Part shown: positions 1-14,546 of the stretch, piece by piece
Numbering within the stretch: position 1 is the stretch's first letter
Layout of the letters: every line of letters starts with the position of its first letter
DNA from: Azolla caroliniana
Taxonomy: Eukaryota > Plantae > Polypodiophyta
Direction: 5' to 3'
Assembly (NCBI GenBank): GCA_043228905.1
Contig: JBHGNT010000009.1
Span: 8,060,001 to 8,124,000, forward strand
Length of the DNA: 64,000 nt
Notes under the pieces: generated by a model
Told to the model about the DNA's origin: nothing
Databases searched by the model: none
The model's input: the letters and a program-made list of their open reading frames with translations, nothing else
Position numbers and translations under genes: made by a program

Positions 1-232
1 CCAAAAGAGTTAGGGCTTAGTATATAAGCAATAACCTAACGGTGTAAAAGAGAGAGAACTTCTTAATCATCTTGTATAGCAATCTCTGAGTGAGAGTGAG
101 TGAGAAAGAACATAATATATCAAAGCTTCCATTAAAGCTTAGAACATGTCCATTCTTTGTTTATTCTCTTGCCTTCCTTCTATGTTGTTTGCTGAACACT
201 ATGACATATCCTCATACATTCGTTTCCGCACA
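1..232 (+). mobile_element. 3' part of an LTR cut by the window edge, inserted into the copia integrase at 233
   Basis: TATATAA at 21-27 and LTR-like composition. Ends ...TTCCGCACA exactly where the neighbouring copia integrase (LRSDxGxEY) breaks off. Confidence 0.45.
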
Positions 233-2144
233 TATTCTATCAATAGCCGTCGTCCGATCGAAGGCATCGTGCATGATGATTCGTTTCCTTTTCGACTTCG
301 TTCTTGAATTTTTGGAAGTGCGAGAACACTTCATTCTTCTGGCGCATGGGATAAATACATGTATGTCTGGGGAAGTTGTCGACGAACGTTATGTAGTATC
401 GGCAACCACCGAATGTTGCCACCTAGGTTGGTCCCCATACATCTGAATGTATTACAACAAGGATCCGTTTGCTTACGTTCCTCTCCTTTGCGAACGGTTG
501 TTGGTTTTGTTTGCCGAATTGGCAAGCTTCGCACATGCCTGCAATTTCCTTTTCAATGAAGGTTGGGAGTCTGGTGACAACTCCTTTTGTCTACATTCCT
601 TTGAGCTTTTGGAGATTGATGTGGCCAATCCTTTTGTGCCATTGCTCTATGTCGGCATTGGCTCTATGACCCTTGACATACATTGTCAATTTCACCTCGT
701 TTGAATCAAGGATGAACATCCGACCTTCTCTTCGACCGCGGGCAATGAGTCGGCCTTCTGTTTCGATGAAGCACCCTCCATCGTTGAAGCGAACTTGCAT
801 GCCTTGTTCCACAATCTGGCCAACAGAGACCAGGTTCTTCATTATTGTTGGAACATGCAAGATGTTCTTGATGTAGGTTTGGTTGCCTTCTTCCCCAAAT
901 GGGACATTGTTGACATGTTGAATGGGGTGGAGTGTGTCATCCCCAATTTCCATATAGCCGGGTCGTTCAGGCTTTCGTAGATCTCAGAACCAATCCTCAT
1001 GAGACGTCATGTGGTTGGATGTGCCTGAGTCAACAAACCATACATCTTCTGAGTTGGAGGTGTTGGTCAGGTTGGAGGTTGTCATAGATTTCTCTTTGTG
1101 CCTCATCACAAACATTCCGCCAATATCGTCATAGTTAGAGTTTGAGGTGTAGTTGGTGAGTTGTTGACTTTTGGAGGCCTACTCATTCTTCTTTTTGCGA
1201 CACTCTACCACATAGTGGCCGAACTTGCCACAGTATCCACACTAGATGGTCACACAGCTCCTTGATCTTCAAGGTGTAGTTGCCAATGGACATATCCCTC
1301 TATTGACCATTGTTCAACACTTGGCGGAGTTGAAGTTTTGGAGTGGTTGTCTTTGCCGCGAATATCTTCTTGAGGTTCCCCCACACCTCTTTCGAATGTA
1401 GCCAAGAATGTGATCATGGACCCATGATGCAAGACAGTATAGCACCTGACTCACTGCTTGTACCCAAGATGGACGGTCGGCATGTGCTGGGTTGGGTTGA
1501 TTTTCATGTTCTCCTTCGACCTAACCCCAATAGCCTTGGATGACAAGGTATTGATGCATCTTGTACTCCAAAGATGCAAAATTGTTTATGTTGAGTTTCT
1601 CTGTAGGAAGAGCGTTTCCCATCTGAGTGTTCATGTCGAACTTCTTCTTCTCTTGATTCAAACTATGAAGGTCGTTGCTACATCGATCAACTGGTTCTCT
1701 GTGAACACGGGATTAGACACAACACACGCGACGGTGATGGGCTTGGATCAAGCTACCAATCGATGTTATACCATGTAAAGAATCGGTGATGATTCTGTTC
1801 AGCGAAAGAGATGTGTGTGTGAGAGAGACAGAGACAGAGACAGAGAACACAAGCAAATACAGAAAAACAAAAAATTATATTAACACTAACAAGAATAAGC
1901 CAACAACAACAACGCTTTACAAAGAGAAGGAGAAGGTGATTATGTAGTCACCTTCTCTCTAAGTTCTCTCACTGAAATCGCCCCTTTGGGAAAGAGGTTG
2001 CACCTTAACTACTTAAAGAATATGTGTCATATGATATTAACTTCTATGACACATTAGTTACTATACAAGCAGGTGGGGTGTTCACACACTTGAGTGTCCT
2101 AGAGTGTGTTCCCACACATGGAAATTTGAGTTTGATTCTCAACA
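233..2144 (-). mobile_element. Ty1/copia retrotransposon, 5' half (LTR, degenerate gag/protease, GAG-pre-integrase, integrase start)
   Basis: ORF 591-953 contains WHKRIGHIN and ORF 240-422 contains FVDNF..RCLRSD. LTR 1774-2144 reads TGTTGAG...TTTACA on minus, followed by a degenerate tRNA-iMet PBS (TGGTATAAC, 1773-1765). Confidence 0.9.
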
Positions 2145-2600
2145 TGACATTATATTAATTTCGAAACCATGGTCAATCAATGCCATACATGATTCCATCG
2201 CTTCCACAATCTTGATACGTATCTTTATCGTTGCTCGAGCCCAATGAGCACGGTTGTAGTGACTTTTTTCTTCATCTTGATTAATATCTTTATTTACACT
2301 CCTTACTCAACTAATAACGCAACTTCCTCATCCACATCTTCTTGGATTGTAAGCACATTAACTCCTCCAACTTTGTCCACACTTGATTCTTTTCTTGGAT
2401 TGTGTCAATTATAACCTCATTAAATATTTTGCTCGTGATTCCTAATAGTTCATTGAGAGTAATATCTACCTTATTACCAAGGATTCAATTTCCTAAAATC
2501 TTTCAACGTTGATGGCAACATTTGTATCCGAGGCTAGCTTGAATACTAGGGTTCCTTTAGGTTTCCACAAATTTTAGCATGTGCATGTTCTTTCTCTTGT
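2145..2600 (-). pseudogene. Decayed Ty3/gypsy gag-protease remnant related to the element at 52529
   Basis: Minus strand reads ..ILGNKVDITLNELLGI..SHYNRAHWARAT..ALIDHGFEINIMS. This aligns with ILDSKVELSLREVLRI..SHYTKPHWARVT..ALVDHGSKINLMS in ORF 53208-55136. Confidence 0.75.
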
Positions 2601-2759
2601 GTTTGGAGAAATTGTTTAGTAACTTCTTCCTGCATTCCTTGTTAGACCTCAACATGTATTCCAATTAACATGAATTATGTGCTCTTTGGTTGTGTTAACT
2701 TATTGTCTCAAAATAAGATACTCATTCCAAAAGAAAACTATGCACTAGCTTACTTGAGA

Positions 2760-3350
2760 AAATGGGCATTATATTGATGTTGAGTAGGGGCGAGCATCCA
2801 CAGACCAATATGGTCAAATAGAAAGGGTTTACCAAGTGTTGGAAGATATGTTGAGTTCATTTGTCATTGATCAAACAAACTAGCATGGTGCTTTACCATT
2901 GCTAGCAATTGCATATAACTCAAAATTTAGTGGCAAGTTATCCCTATTCCAATCTAGTAACGAGGTTCTATTAGCTTGCCAATGATGAATAGGATTTCAG
3001 TTCTATTAGCTTGCCTATGTTGAATAAAGGTTCTACTAGCTTGCCCACTTTCAAAGGATTAAAAAGTACCTAAGAGTTTGAATGATATGAGAGCCATGTT
3101 GGAATCGACAAAGGGAAATATAAGATTCACCATGGATAAAGTGAAACATTTACCCATGAAAACGTGTATTTTAGAACCCTTGGATGTAGAAATGTTACTC
3201 CCAGCATCGATTCCACCATTAAACCTCTAAAACTATCTCCAAGGTTTTATTACTTATGGATGGTCATAAAGATGTAGGCCAACATTGCAAGCAAGATTTC
3301 ACAATATATTCTCACATCCATCACATGTTTCATGTCAGAAAACTCAATAA
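2760..3350 (+). pseudogene. Highly decayed Ty3/gypsy integrase C-terminal remnant
   Basis: Frameshifted motifs HPQT..GQIERVYQVLEDML..LPL...AYN (~2795-2920), KLSPRF (~3230) and HIHHMFHVRKL (~3315-3345). Confidence 0.6.
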
Positions 3351-5050
3351 TACCAACTAGATGAAGATAGTGTTGGAAGTTGAATCAAGCTTGGATTTAT
3401 CCTGGAAATTTAAAAGAACTTCCAGAACCAAACTTTTGTCAAACTTTGTTATGGAAAAGTTGTCCTATGTCCAGCATATTTCGAGCCATACTTCCCATTC
3501 GTGTCATACTCATATGTGAATATTCATATCATACTCATTCATGAAATGGCTCCAAGTATGTTTGAAATCCATTCGTCTATATTTTTATTTATTTTTATTT
3601 TTATTATTCCTTGTCATAATTTGGAATTTTCTAACCCTCGTCAATTTGGCAAGTTCAATATTCATGGAGAATTGAATAAAGTTAATCACCCTTGGGCCTT
3701 TTGTTCAAGCCACATGAAAACCCCACCAAAAGATGCCCAACATGGCTCTCATGTTTTTGTTGCCAAATTGGATGTCTGCAATGTGTAAAGTGCATGGACC
3801 TACCTTGTTCAAGTTCATGGCCCTCTTTTTCCTTTGGGATGCACTTGTTTCTTCAATAATATTTCTTCCTTAGTTTCTCTTCTCATCTGTGTGTATATTA
3901 GTGCTTGCTTTGTTTATGTGCATCCAAAGGGTCCAAACCCCAACAAAAGGGGTCTACCATGAGGGTATCATCACCATGGCCATCAACAAGATACGGACTA
4001 TCACCATCACCATCACTCATCATACCTACTAGAATCAAAAGGGACCTCTAGATTTGGGGGTATAAGTGGAGCATCACATAGCTTCTTATGCAAAAAGATG
4101 GGATGATGATTGGGTAGTGGAACAAGGGAGGGGGTCATAAGGAGCCATGGTTGTTGCTCCACCATCATGGTATGATGATTGAATCTGCAGAAAGGGAGAT
4201 GGAGCAGAAAATGAATATGATGAAGGAGACATGGTTGGTTCAGCTGCAAAGATAGGAGGAGAGCTGCAGGTGGAGGTCGTGCACCACCCAAAAGGACAAT
4301 GAAAGGAAACGAATATCGGGTATCATACACAAACGTATGCAAATATTATCAACTAGGGTATCCAGTAACCCATGGGAATACATAATGAATGGTCACCACT
4401 CAATTCAATAGGGTTGTAGGTCACAATCATAAACTTAGTCAGTATATACATTTCTCCGGTCCACATCTTTCCATGTCTCTACTGTTGAGTAAGCAGTGAT
4501 TTTCAATTCTGATAGCCCTGGACTGCACATAAACACCCTAATGGGGGCTAACATGCAGCAGCCTGTCCCAATATTGGGAATTATGTCTTTTGCAAAACTA
4601 TTTTATAATCGTCCTCTTCCCTAGTCACAAAAGGACCTTTTATATTTCTAAATAAAATCACAGATTATTGCAATCTCACAGTTTCTGAGTATTCATCTTT
4701 CAAGTAGCCTTTTGTGGTACTCATGTGATAATAAGGGCATATAAATTCTCTTCTCCTAAGCAATTATATCCCCTATACGTACCCTTGAGGCTTGGATCAC
4801 TACTAATATACAAAAGATAGATTACGAATCCAATAGAATGAATATACAGATCATGTTAAAACTATAACTTAAAGTTCACAATTCAAAATACTTGAACCAT
4901 CTAACATTCATGCACATAATAACCAAAAACCAAAACATTTAAGCCTCAAATAAATTCAAAAGTTCTTATCTCGAGCTAAATTCATCCTCGTAAAAACAAA
5001 AAAACATAATCGTGAATTCTTTTTGTCACAAAAGCTGTCTATGCCTCCTT

Positions 5051-7721
<2,671 letters not shown>

Positions 7722-7800
7722 GGCGATAGAGATTGGCGAAGCAGGAACGCCGCAGAAGGGAAGATGGAGAAGGAGAAGGAGAAGGAGAGAAGAGAAGAGA

Positions 7801-7936
7801 AACCCTAAATGCAGAGAGACAGACTGATGAGGAAAATGGTTTCACACCAGAGACGCCCAAAACCATGAGAAACAAAAGAAACTGAGAGGGAAGAGGCCCA
7901 AAAAGAGAGTATGTACCCAAACTTTTGAGAGCCCAT
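7801..7936 (-). promoter_or_regulatory. RPL10 promoter/5' region: telo-box plus site II motifs
   Basis: AAACCCTAA at 7801-7809, GGCCCA at 7895-7900 and AGCCCA at 7930-7935. This combination is typical of plant ribosomal-protein promoters. Confidence 0.7.
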
Positions 7937-9099
7937 AAAGCGATAGACAGATAGATTATATTATCGTCTTCGGAGGTCAGATATGACCTATGAGACCCGA
8001 GACCCGAGGAGAATGAGAGAGAACCTCATCTATGGAACAATAGCCGATATACATACATACATACATACTCCTTCGGCTTCTGGGCTTCAAGCGACCCCCG
8101 ATTTTTGAGGTTGCGCTCTGCACAGTGTACCAAATGCTGCATTACATGGCTGGCAAGTATTATCAGAGTTAACAGGTCCGCAGGCTAGAGCATCTCATTG
8201 ATTGGCGTTGTTTCCTTCTCATGAGCCATTTGACGATTGCTCAATACATGCATGCTCAATAATGTTCAAGAAAGTTCCATTCACTAATTGACATGCATGC
8301 TTATAATGTTTAGGGAAGTCCCACACGAGGTGTGTCTAGTATTACAAATGCATCTCAATTGATATTTAACTAATTCAGCACGAATAAGGTTGTGGATACT
8401 TTATTAATTAGTACAACATTATCTTGGTTTGTGCCATTACTCGAGAAAATATTCCCTCTTCGTTTATGTCAAAGACCTACTTCTCACATTTCACAAAGAT
8501 CCCAATTTGCTTACTAAGGCAATTAGTTGAACCGTACAATATGACAACAATTTATTCGAGCAAAAGTAACAAGCGTCAACAATAGTCTCAACCTACATTT
8601 GAGCAAACATATGCGTTTGTGACAACGTTACCATCATTTCGAACTATGTAGGCCTCAACAGATGGACTACTCCAATGGAGATTGAGACCACACATGGTCG
8701 ATGACCCTTTTCAAAAACTGAAAAGTAACGATGTTGGGCGAACCGTCTACGGCTATATTGTGGTGGCCCATGACACATAATGATAAATTGTCATCAACCT
8801 AGATGTCAAGTTAACCAAGTAAGTGCTAGTACTAAGTTTGATCTTGACTCTCTATTTACATATAATAATCCTAGTAGACCTACACCATCAAGTCGATTTG
8901 AAGTACTAAGTTATCTTGATAAAGGGTTAAACGAGTAAATCCAATCAAATATAGGAGCCATTTGGTTGGATAAACCAGAATTTGTAGAGTCCATGCACAT
9001 TAATGGTTCTACTTCATCGAATCAAGGTAGTAGGGGTTTTGTGGCACAACTTGAATGAGATCACACATGCCAAATTACCGAGAACTACATGAATTGACT

Positions 9100-9671
9100 C
9101 AGCACTTCAATTATGTCTTCAAAGGCACTATGTTGACCATATACTAATTGTGACAAATGTTGGAGAATGGAGTGTTTTTAATAGGATATTATTTGTCAAA
9201 GTGAAATCTCAGTCCATGAAGCAAGAGTTAGTTCTTGAATCTAAGAAAATAGAGGCAAGGACACGATGACACCCAGAGTCCTGGCATTTGATTGTCCTCG
9301 ATCTTACCTTGGTTTGAGCCTCACAACCTTGCGATTGATTACAAAAAACAAGTTATCCTAGAATACTAGAAGAACCACATATTGAACTTCCTTATTACTT
9401 CCAATTCAAGTCTAGAGTTGCCATCAAATCTTCACAATATCTCTACAAAAGCTTACGCAAGTGAGGTATAGGAAGAAGAAACATTTAAATTTCAAGTAAT
9501 AACAACGTCAACCCTGATTCCACAAACGTCACTTATCTTACTTGCAATCAAGTATCAAGCATTCTAGTATGTCTTCAATAAGGCCAAGGCTACACAAGTC
9601 TCCCAAAACATCAACCTTATGATTGTCCTATCAATCTTCAGCCAGGAGAATATGAACTTCTTTATTGCTTC
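9100..9671 (+). pseudogene. Decayed Ty3/gypsy protease-end/RT-start remnant, containing the first unit of a ~270-bp tandem repeat
   Basis: Motifs VL.LPWFEPHNLAID (~9293-9340) and LPKHQPYDCPINLQPG (~9600-9648). Confidence 0.55.
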
Positions 9672-10542
9672 TATTAATAATTACGTAATTAACTAGGTTA
9701 ATTAGTGACTAATTATGTGAATGGTTAAGTAACGAAAATTTATGTGATATGTGTGTGTATTTGTGTGACAAGAAGAGAGAGAGGAATATACACTTATGAA
9801 CAATATTGTAAATGGGGGATGATTAACAAGAGTGTAGCTAAAGACCTTTCATCTATATTAATGAGCATCTTCAAATACAAAAATACCCATAATGAGGTAT
9901 ATATACATCTCATGCAATGTTGGGCAAAAGTCCCAGGAACTGTGTCAACGTTTCGGTTACATTGGGACTTTTGCCGCCCAATGTGGGGGATTGCCGGAAT
10001 TGATTCCGGCCAGGTTTTCTAGTCAACTGGAATCTAACCAGTTCATATTTTTCGAACCGGCTATTTATATAGTTTTTATAAAAAGAAAGGTTAAAAAAAG
10101 TATTTCCCCTCTTTCCTCCTTTTTCCCTCATTTTTTTGTTTCAATTTCCCCCTTTTTCTATTGTTTCTCTCTCGACGTTTACACATGGTATGAGTGGAGC
10201 AAATTCTCATTCTCAGCAGTAACAGCAGACCCCATAGCTTTTTCTATATCGACTGCTTCATCTTCTCTTACTATAAACCCCCCCCCTCCTCCTCCTCATT
10301 TGCTATCTTTGTTGACTTCTTCGTCTTCTTCTCGTAAGTGAAATCCTCATGTTGCATCATCTAGTTCTCTGATTCCTCCTTGGTCTCCATCTCATCATCG
10401 TGCTCTTGCGAAGAGGACGTCTTGTTCATCATCTTTAATGGCGATTCTTCGACCGTCCCCTCCTTTTCCTTCTTCAACTGTTTCTGCCTCGTCATCCATT
10501 TTCGAAGATCCACCTCCTCGGCCTCTGAGGAGTAGTACAAGT

Positions 10543-10713
10543 ATCCCATTGAAGCGTGGTGTCATCTCATCAAGCGCGAGACACATTGAGAGCACGCCAA
10601 AGCGCCAAGTGACATTTTGCAAGTGCAGGAATGGGCTTCTAAAGAAGACATATGAGCTCTCTATGCTCTGCATTGCCTATGTTGGAGTCATCATCTTCTC
10701 TGCCTTAGGGTAG
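10543..10713 (+). pseudogene. MADS-box domain gene fragment
   Basis: [44 protein letters not shown] matches the MADS consensus RIEN..[34 protein letters not shown]. The N-terminus is decayed and there is a stop at the usual K/R codon. Confidence 0.85.
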
Positions 10714-10724
10714 ACTAATATAGA

Positions 10725-13700
10725 CGTTAAGAATTAGGTAAGTAATTAAGCAAGGGTTAATTAGTACCTAATTATGTGATTAATTGATAAGTGAAAGATT
10801 AAGTGATGTGCGTGTGTATGTGTGTGAAAGAAAGAGACAAAGAGATACACTTATGAAGAACACAAGATGGGGGATGAGTAACTATATTAAATTATCATTA
10901 TCATTATCAAATACAAAAATATCTACAATGAGGTATATATACATCTCATGTGCAAGGGTGCACATGTGTGAGGATAATATAGGTACAAAAGTGTAAGTCC
11001 TATATTAAATGTACTTGGGAGTGGAGGATCTAGAATATCCCACTTAAGTACAAGGTCCTATTTAAAGTGTTATAGTCAACACTTTTAACTAGATTCTATC
11101 TAGGTAACTACGAAGTTACATGGTTGACTAACTAACTAAACTAAGTTGAGCTTGATCTCTCAACACGCCCCCTTAAGCTCAAGTGTGAGGTGTTTGACAT
11201 CCGGTTCTGCTTTCAGCGTTGTCCGACTTTCGATGTCGGCTTCTATGCGGCTTCCGTCTGGCCTTCGGCTTTTTTCGTCGTGGCGATCTTGGGTCCTCCC
11301 CCTCAAGCCGGTGACGAAGGCTTGTAGATTGTGGGCGAAGGCTGACTACTTCCACCCACCGTGGGTCACGAGCCGCTTCGGTGGAGCTCTTGGGCTCTTG
11401 TTCGGCTGCTACCTTCATCGTGAAGGCATAGTGATGGGCCATGTACTCGTTGTAGCCGAGCCAGGTGACTGGGTTCTTAGCTCTAGATGAGCATCGAATT
11501 TTTTCGCTTGCCGATGTGAGCGCCTTCTTTGCTCCGGGTGTTCGCATGATGGGTACACCGAACTCACTGTCTAGTGAGGGAGCTGGCACATCCAAATCCT
11601 TGTCGTCATGGTGATCGACTTCGTATTCGGGCATCTTAACTTTGCCTTTGTCCAAGTTCGTACTTGGCCACGACATGCTTGGGTCACGTGGGGGCTCTTG
11701 TGGCCCACTAGGTCTTGTCGTAATAAGACTTTCTTTCAACATGTGTTCGAAGCGATCTCCATCTTCTACCTCTTGTTCGGCGGATTCCGGGTCGAGGGGA
11801 GTCAGAGTCGAAGTTGTCTCTGGTGCGTACTAGGATGCAGACTCGTCGAAGATTACATCTCGACTTACCCAAACCACTCGGGTAGAAGGGTTGTAGCACT
11901 TGTATGCCTTCTTCTCAGATGAGTATCCTATGAGGATACATTCCTTCGACTTTGCATCGGGCTTCTGTCGTTGTTTGTTCAGGATGCATACATTCGCAAT
12001 GCATCTGAACACCTTGAGGTGCGATAGGATCGGCTTCCTTCCGACGAGGAGCTCATATGGAGTTAGCTCATGCACTCCATTAGTGGTGCATCGATTCATG
12101 AGATAGAAGGCCATGGATGCCGCTTCGGCCCAATAGAAATTCGGCATGTGCTTCTCATGTAACATGGCCCGTACTACCTCGAGTATTTGCCGATTCTTCC
12201 TTTCGGCGACTCCATTTTGTTGGGGTGTGTGTCAGCATGAGAATTCTCTCCAAATGCCTTCACTTTGGAGGTAGGTAGTGAATTTATCGGAGAAGTACTC
12301 CTTGCCTCCACCTGATTGTAGGCATCGAATGTGCCGACCGGTTTCTTTTTCGACTTGGCCCTTGAGCTTTTGGAAGTAGGAGAACACTTCACTCTTCTTC
12401 TTCATTGGGAAAATCCACATGTAGCACAAGTAGTCGTCGATGAAGGTGACGTAGAATTGGCATTCGCCGATTGTCGGCATTTGAGCCGGTCCCCATACAT
12501 CTGAGTGTATGATGTCGAGGAGGCCTTTGCTCGCGTGTCTCTCCTTCGGGAATGGGAGTCGATGTTGTTTGCCGAGTTGACACGCTTCACATACTCGGTC
12601 GACTCGTTTTGACTCGAATGTCGGAAGTCCGATGATGACTTCCTTTGTTTGCATAGCTCAGAGCCGTTGGAGGTTGATGTGGCCGATTCTCTTGTGCCAC
12701 AACTCAATGTTTGTCTCGGTTTTGGGACCTTTAGCATACATTGCCGATTTCACTTCGTTCGAATCGAGGATGAACATTTGACCATCTCTCCGTCCCTTGG
12801 CTATGAGTCGGCCATCTTTCTCGATGAAGCATCCGTCATTGTTGAAGCGTACTTGCATGCCTTGCTCCACGATTTGGCCGACCGAGACCAAATTCTTCGT
12901 TATTGTGGGCACGTGCAAGACATTCTTGATGCAAGTTTGTTCGTCTTCTTTCCCGAATAGGACATTGTCTCCCGTCTCTATGAAGTCGGGTCGATCCGGT
13001 GTACGCAAGTCATTGAACCACTCTTTGTGGAATGTCATGTGATGTGAGGCGCCGGAATCGACGAACCACACGTCTTCCGAGTTGGAGGTGCTTGCGGAGT
13101 CGGAGGCCAACATAGAGTTTGCTCTATGCCTCATTACGAATAGTCCGCCGTAGTCATCGTATTTGGAGTTTGTGGCGTAATTCGTGAGTTGTCGACTTGT
13201 CGAAGCTAACTCGCTTCTTTTTCGGCACTCCTCGCGGTGGCCGGTTTTTCCGCAATAGTTGCAAGTTGCGGGCCTCATTTGCCGACCTTGTTCGGCATGG
13301 AATCTCCCCCATCTTCCGAAGGTTCCTTGATGGCTTCCTTGACGGTTTGAGTTTCCTTCATGTGATGGGCCGAATTGGCCTCTGCTACTGCCGTGACCTC
13401 GTCCTCGGCCACTGTCCGAACTTGAGAAGAACATTTGTCTTTCCGACGTCTTCATCTTGGTTCAGACATGGTTCTCTTCAACTAATAACATTGATTGGAG
13501 GTCGAAGAACGAAGGAGGGTTTACCCTTGCCAAGATTGCCGTCCTCAACGAGTCGAATCGTTGTGCAAGGCTGCCCAAGCATACTTGAACCATCTCGTCT
13601 TTGTCGACGTTTATTTTGATGGAGCCAAGCGAGTCGCAAATGCTCTTGATCTTGGCGGTGTAGTCCGACACGTACATGTCTTTTTGCTGAATGTTGTTCA

Positions 13701-14546
13701 ACTCTTGTCAGAGTTGAAGCTTTCGGGCGGTCGTGTTGGCGGTGAACATTTTCTTCAAGTTCTCCCACGCCTTTTTAGGCGTCTTGGCGTCTCGAATGTG
13801 GCTAAGCATGTGGTCGTGGACACATGTTGCCGAGCAATACATGACTCGACTAGCCGCTTGCTCCCATGTTGAGTAGTCGGCGTTCTTTGGGTCGGGTCGA
13901 TTTTCTTGAGCATCGTTGATGTAGCTCCAATACCCTTGGCCGATGAGGTATTGGGTCATCTTGTACTCCCAAGATGAATAATTGCTCTGATCTAGCTTTT
14001 CGCTAGGGAGCGAGCTACCTATTTGTGTGTTCAGGTTGATTGTCGTGTGTTCTCCTTCGATCACGACACGTGCTATGTTGCGGCACTACGGTGGCCGATG
14101 GCCGGATTTTGTCGTCGGCGTCTCGAACACACAATTATGAAGAGGCGGATGGGCTTAGTAGATGTGCTAAACCACATGATCTGATACCACGTTAAGAATT
14201 AGGTAAGTAATTAAGCAAGGGTTAATTAGTACATAATTATGTGATTAATTGATAAGCAGAAGATTAAGTGATATGTGTGTGTATGTGTGTGAAAGGAAGA
14301 GACAAAGAGATACACTTATGAAGAACACAAGATGCGGGATGCACATGTGTGAGGATAATATAGGTACAAAAGTTTAAGTCCTATATTAAATGTACTTGGG
14401 AGTGGAGGATCTAGAATATCCCACTTAAGTACAAGGTCCTATTTAAGGTGTTATAGTCAACACTTTTAACTAGATTCTATCTAGGTAACTACGAAGTTAC
14501 ATGGTTTACTAACTAACTAAACTAAGTTGAGCTTGATCTCTCAACA
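10725..14546 (-). mobile_element. Ty1/copia element lacking RT/RNaseH (3.8 kb)
   Basis: LTRs 14190-14546 and 10725-11165. PBS TGGTATCAGA (14189-14180), PPT GAGCTTAAGGGGGCG and TSD ATAGA (10720-10724, 14547-14551). Gag 14064-13462, CCHC knuckle and protease WFVDSGAS, integrase 12654-11830. Confidence 0.93.

Noticed and set aside
3950-4350. His/Pro-rich ORF 4013-4342
   Set aside because: Low complexity with no domain. Probably decayed TE sequence.
10438-10713. Functional MADS-box gene
   Set aside because: The N-terminus is decayed, invariant residues are substituted, there is a premature stop, and it lies inside a transposon next to a copia insertion.
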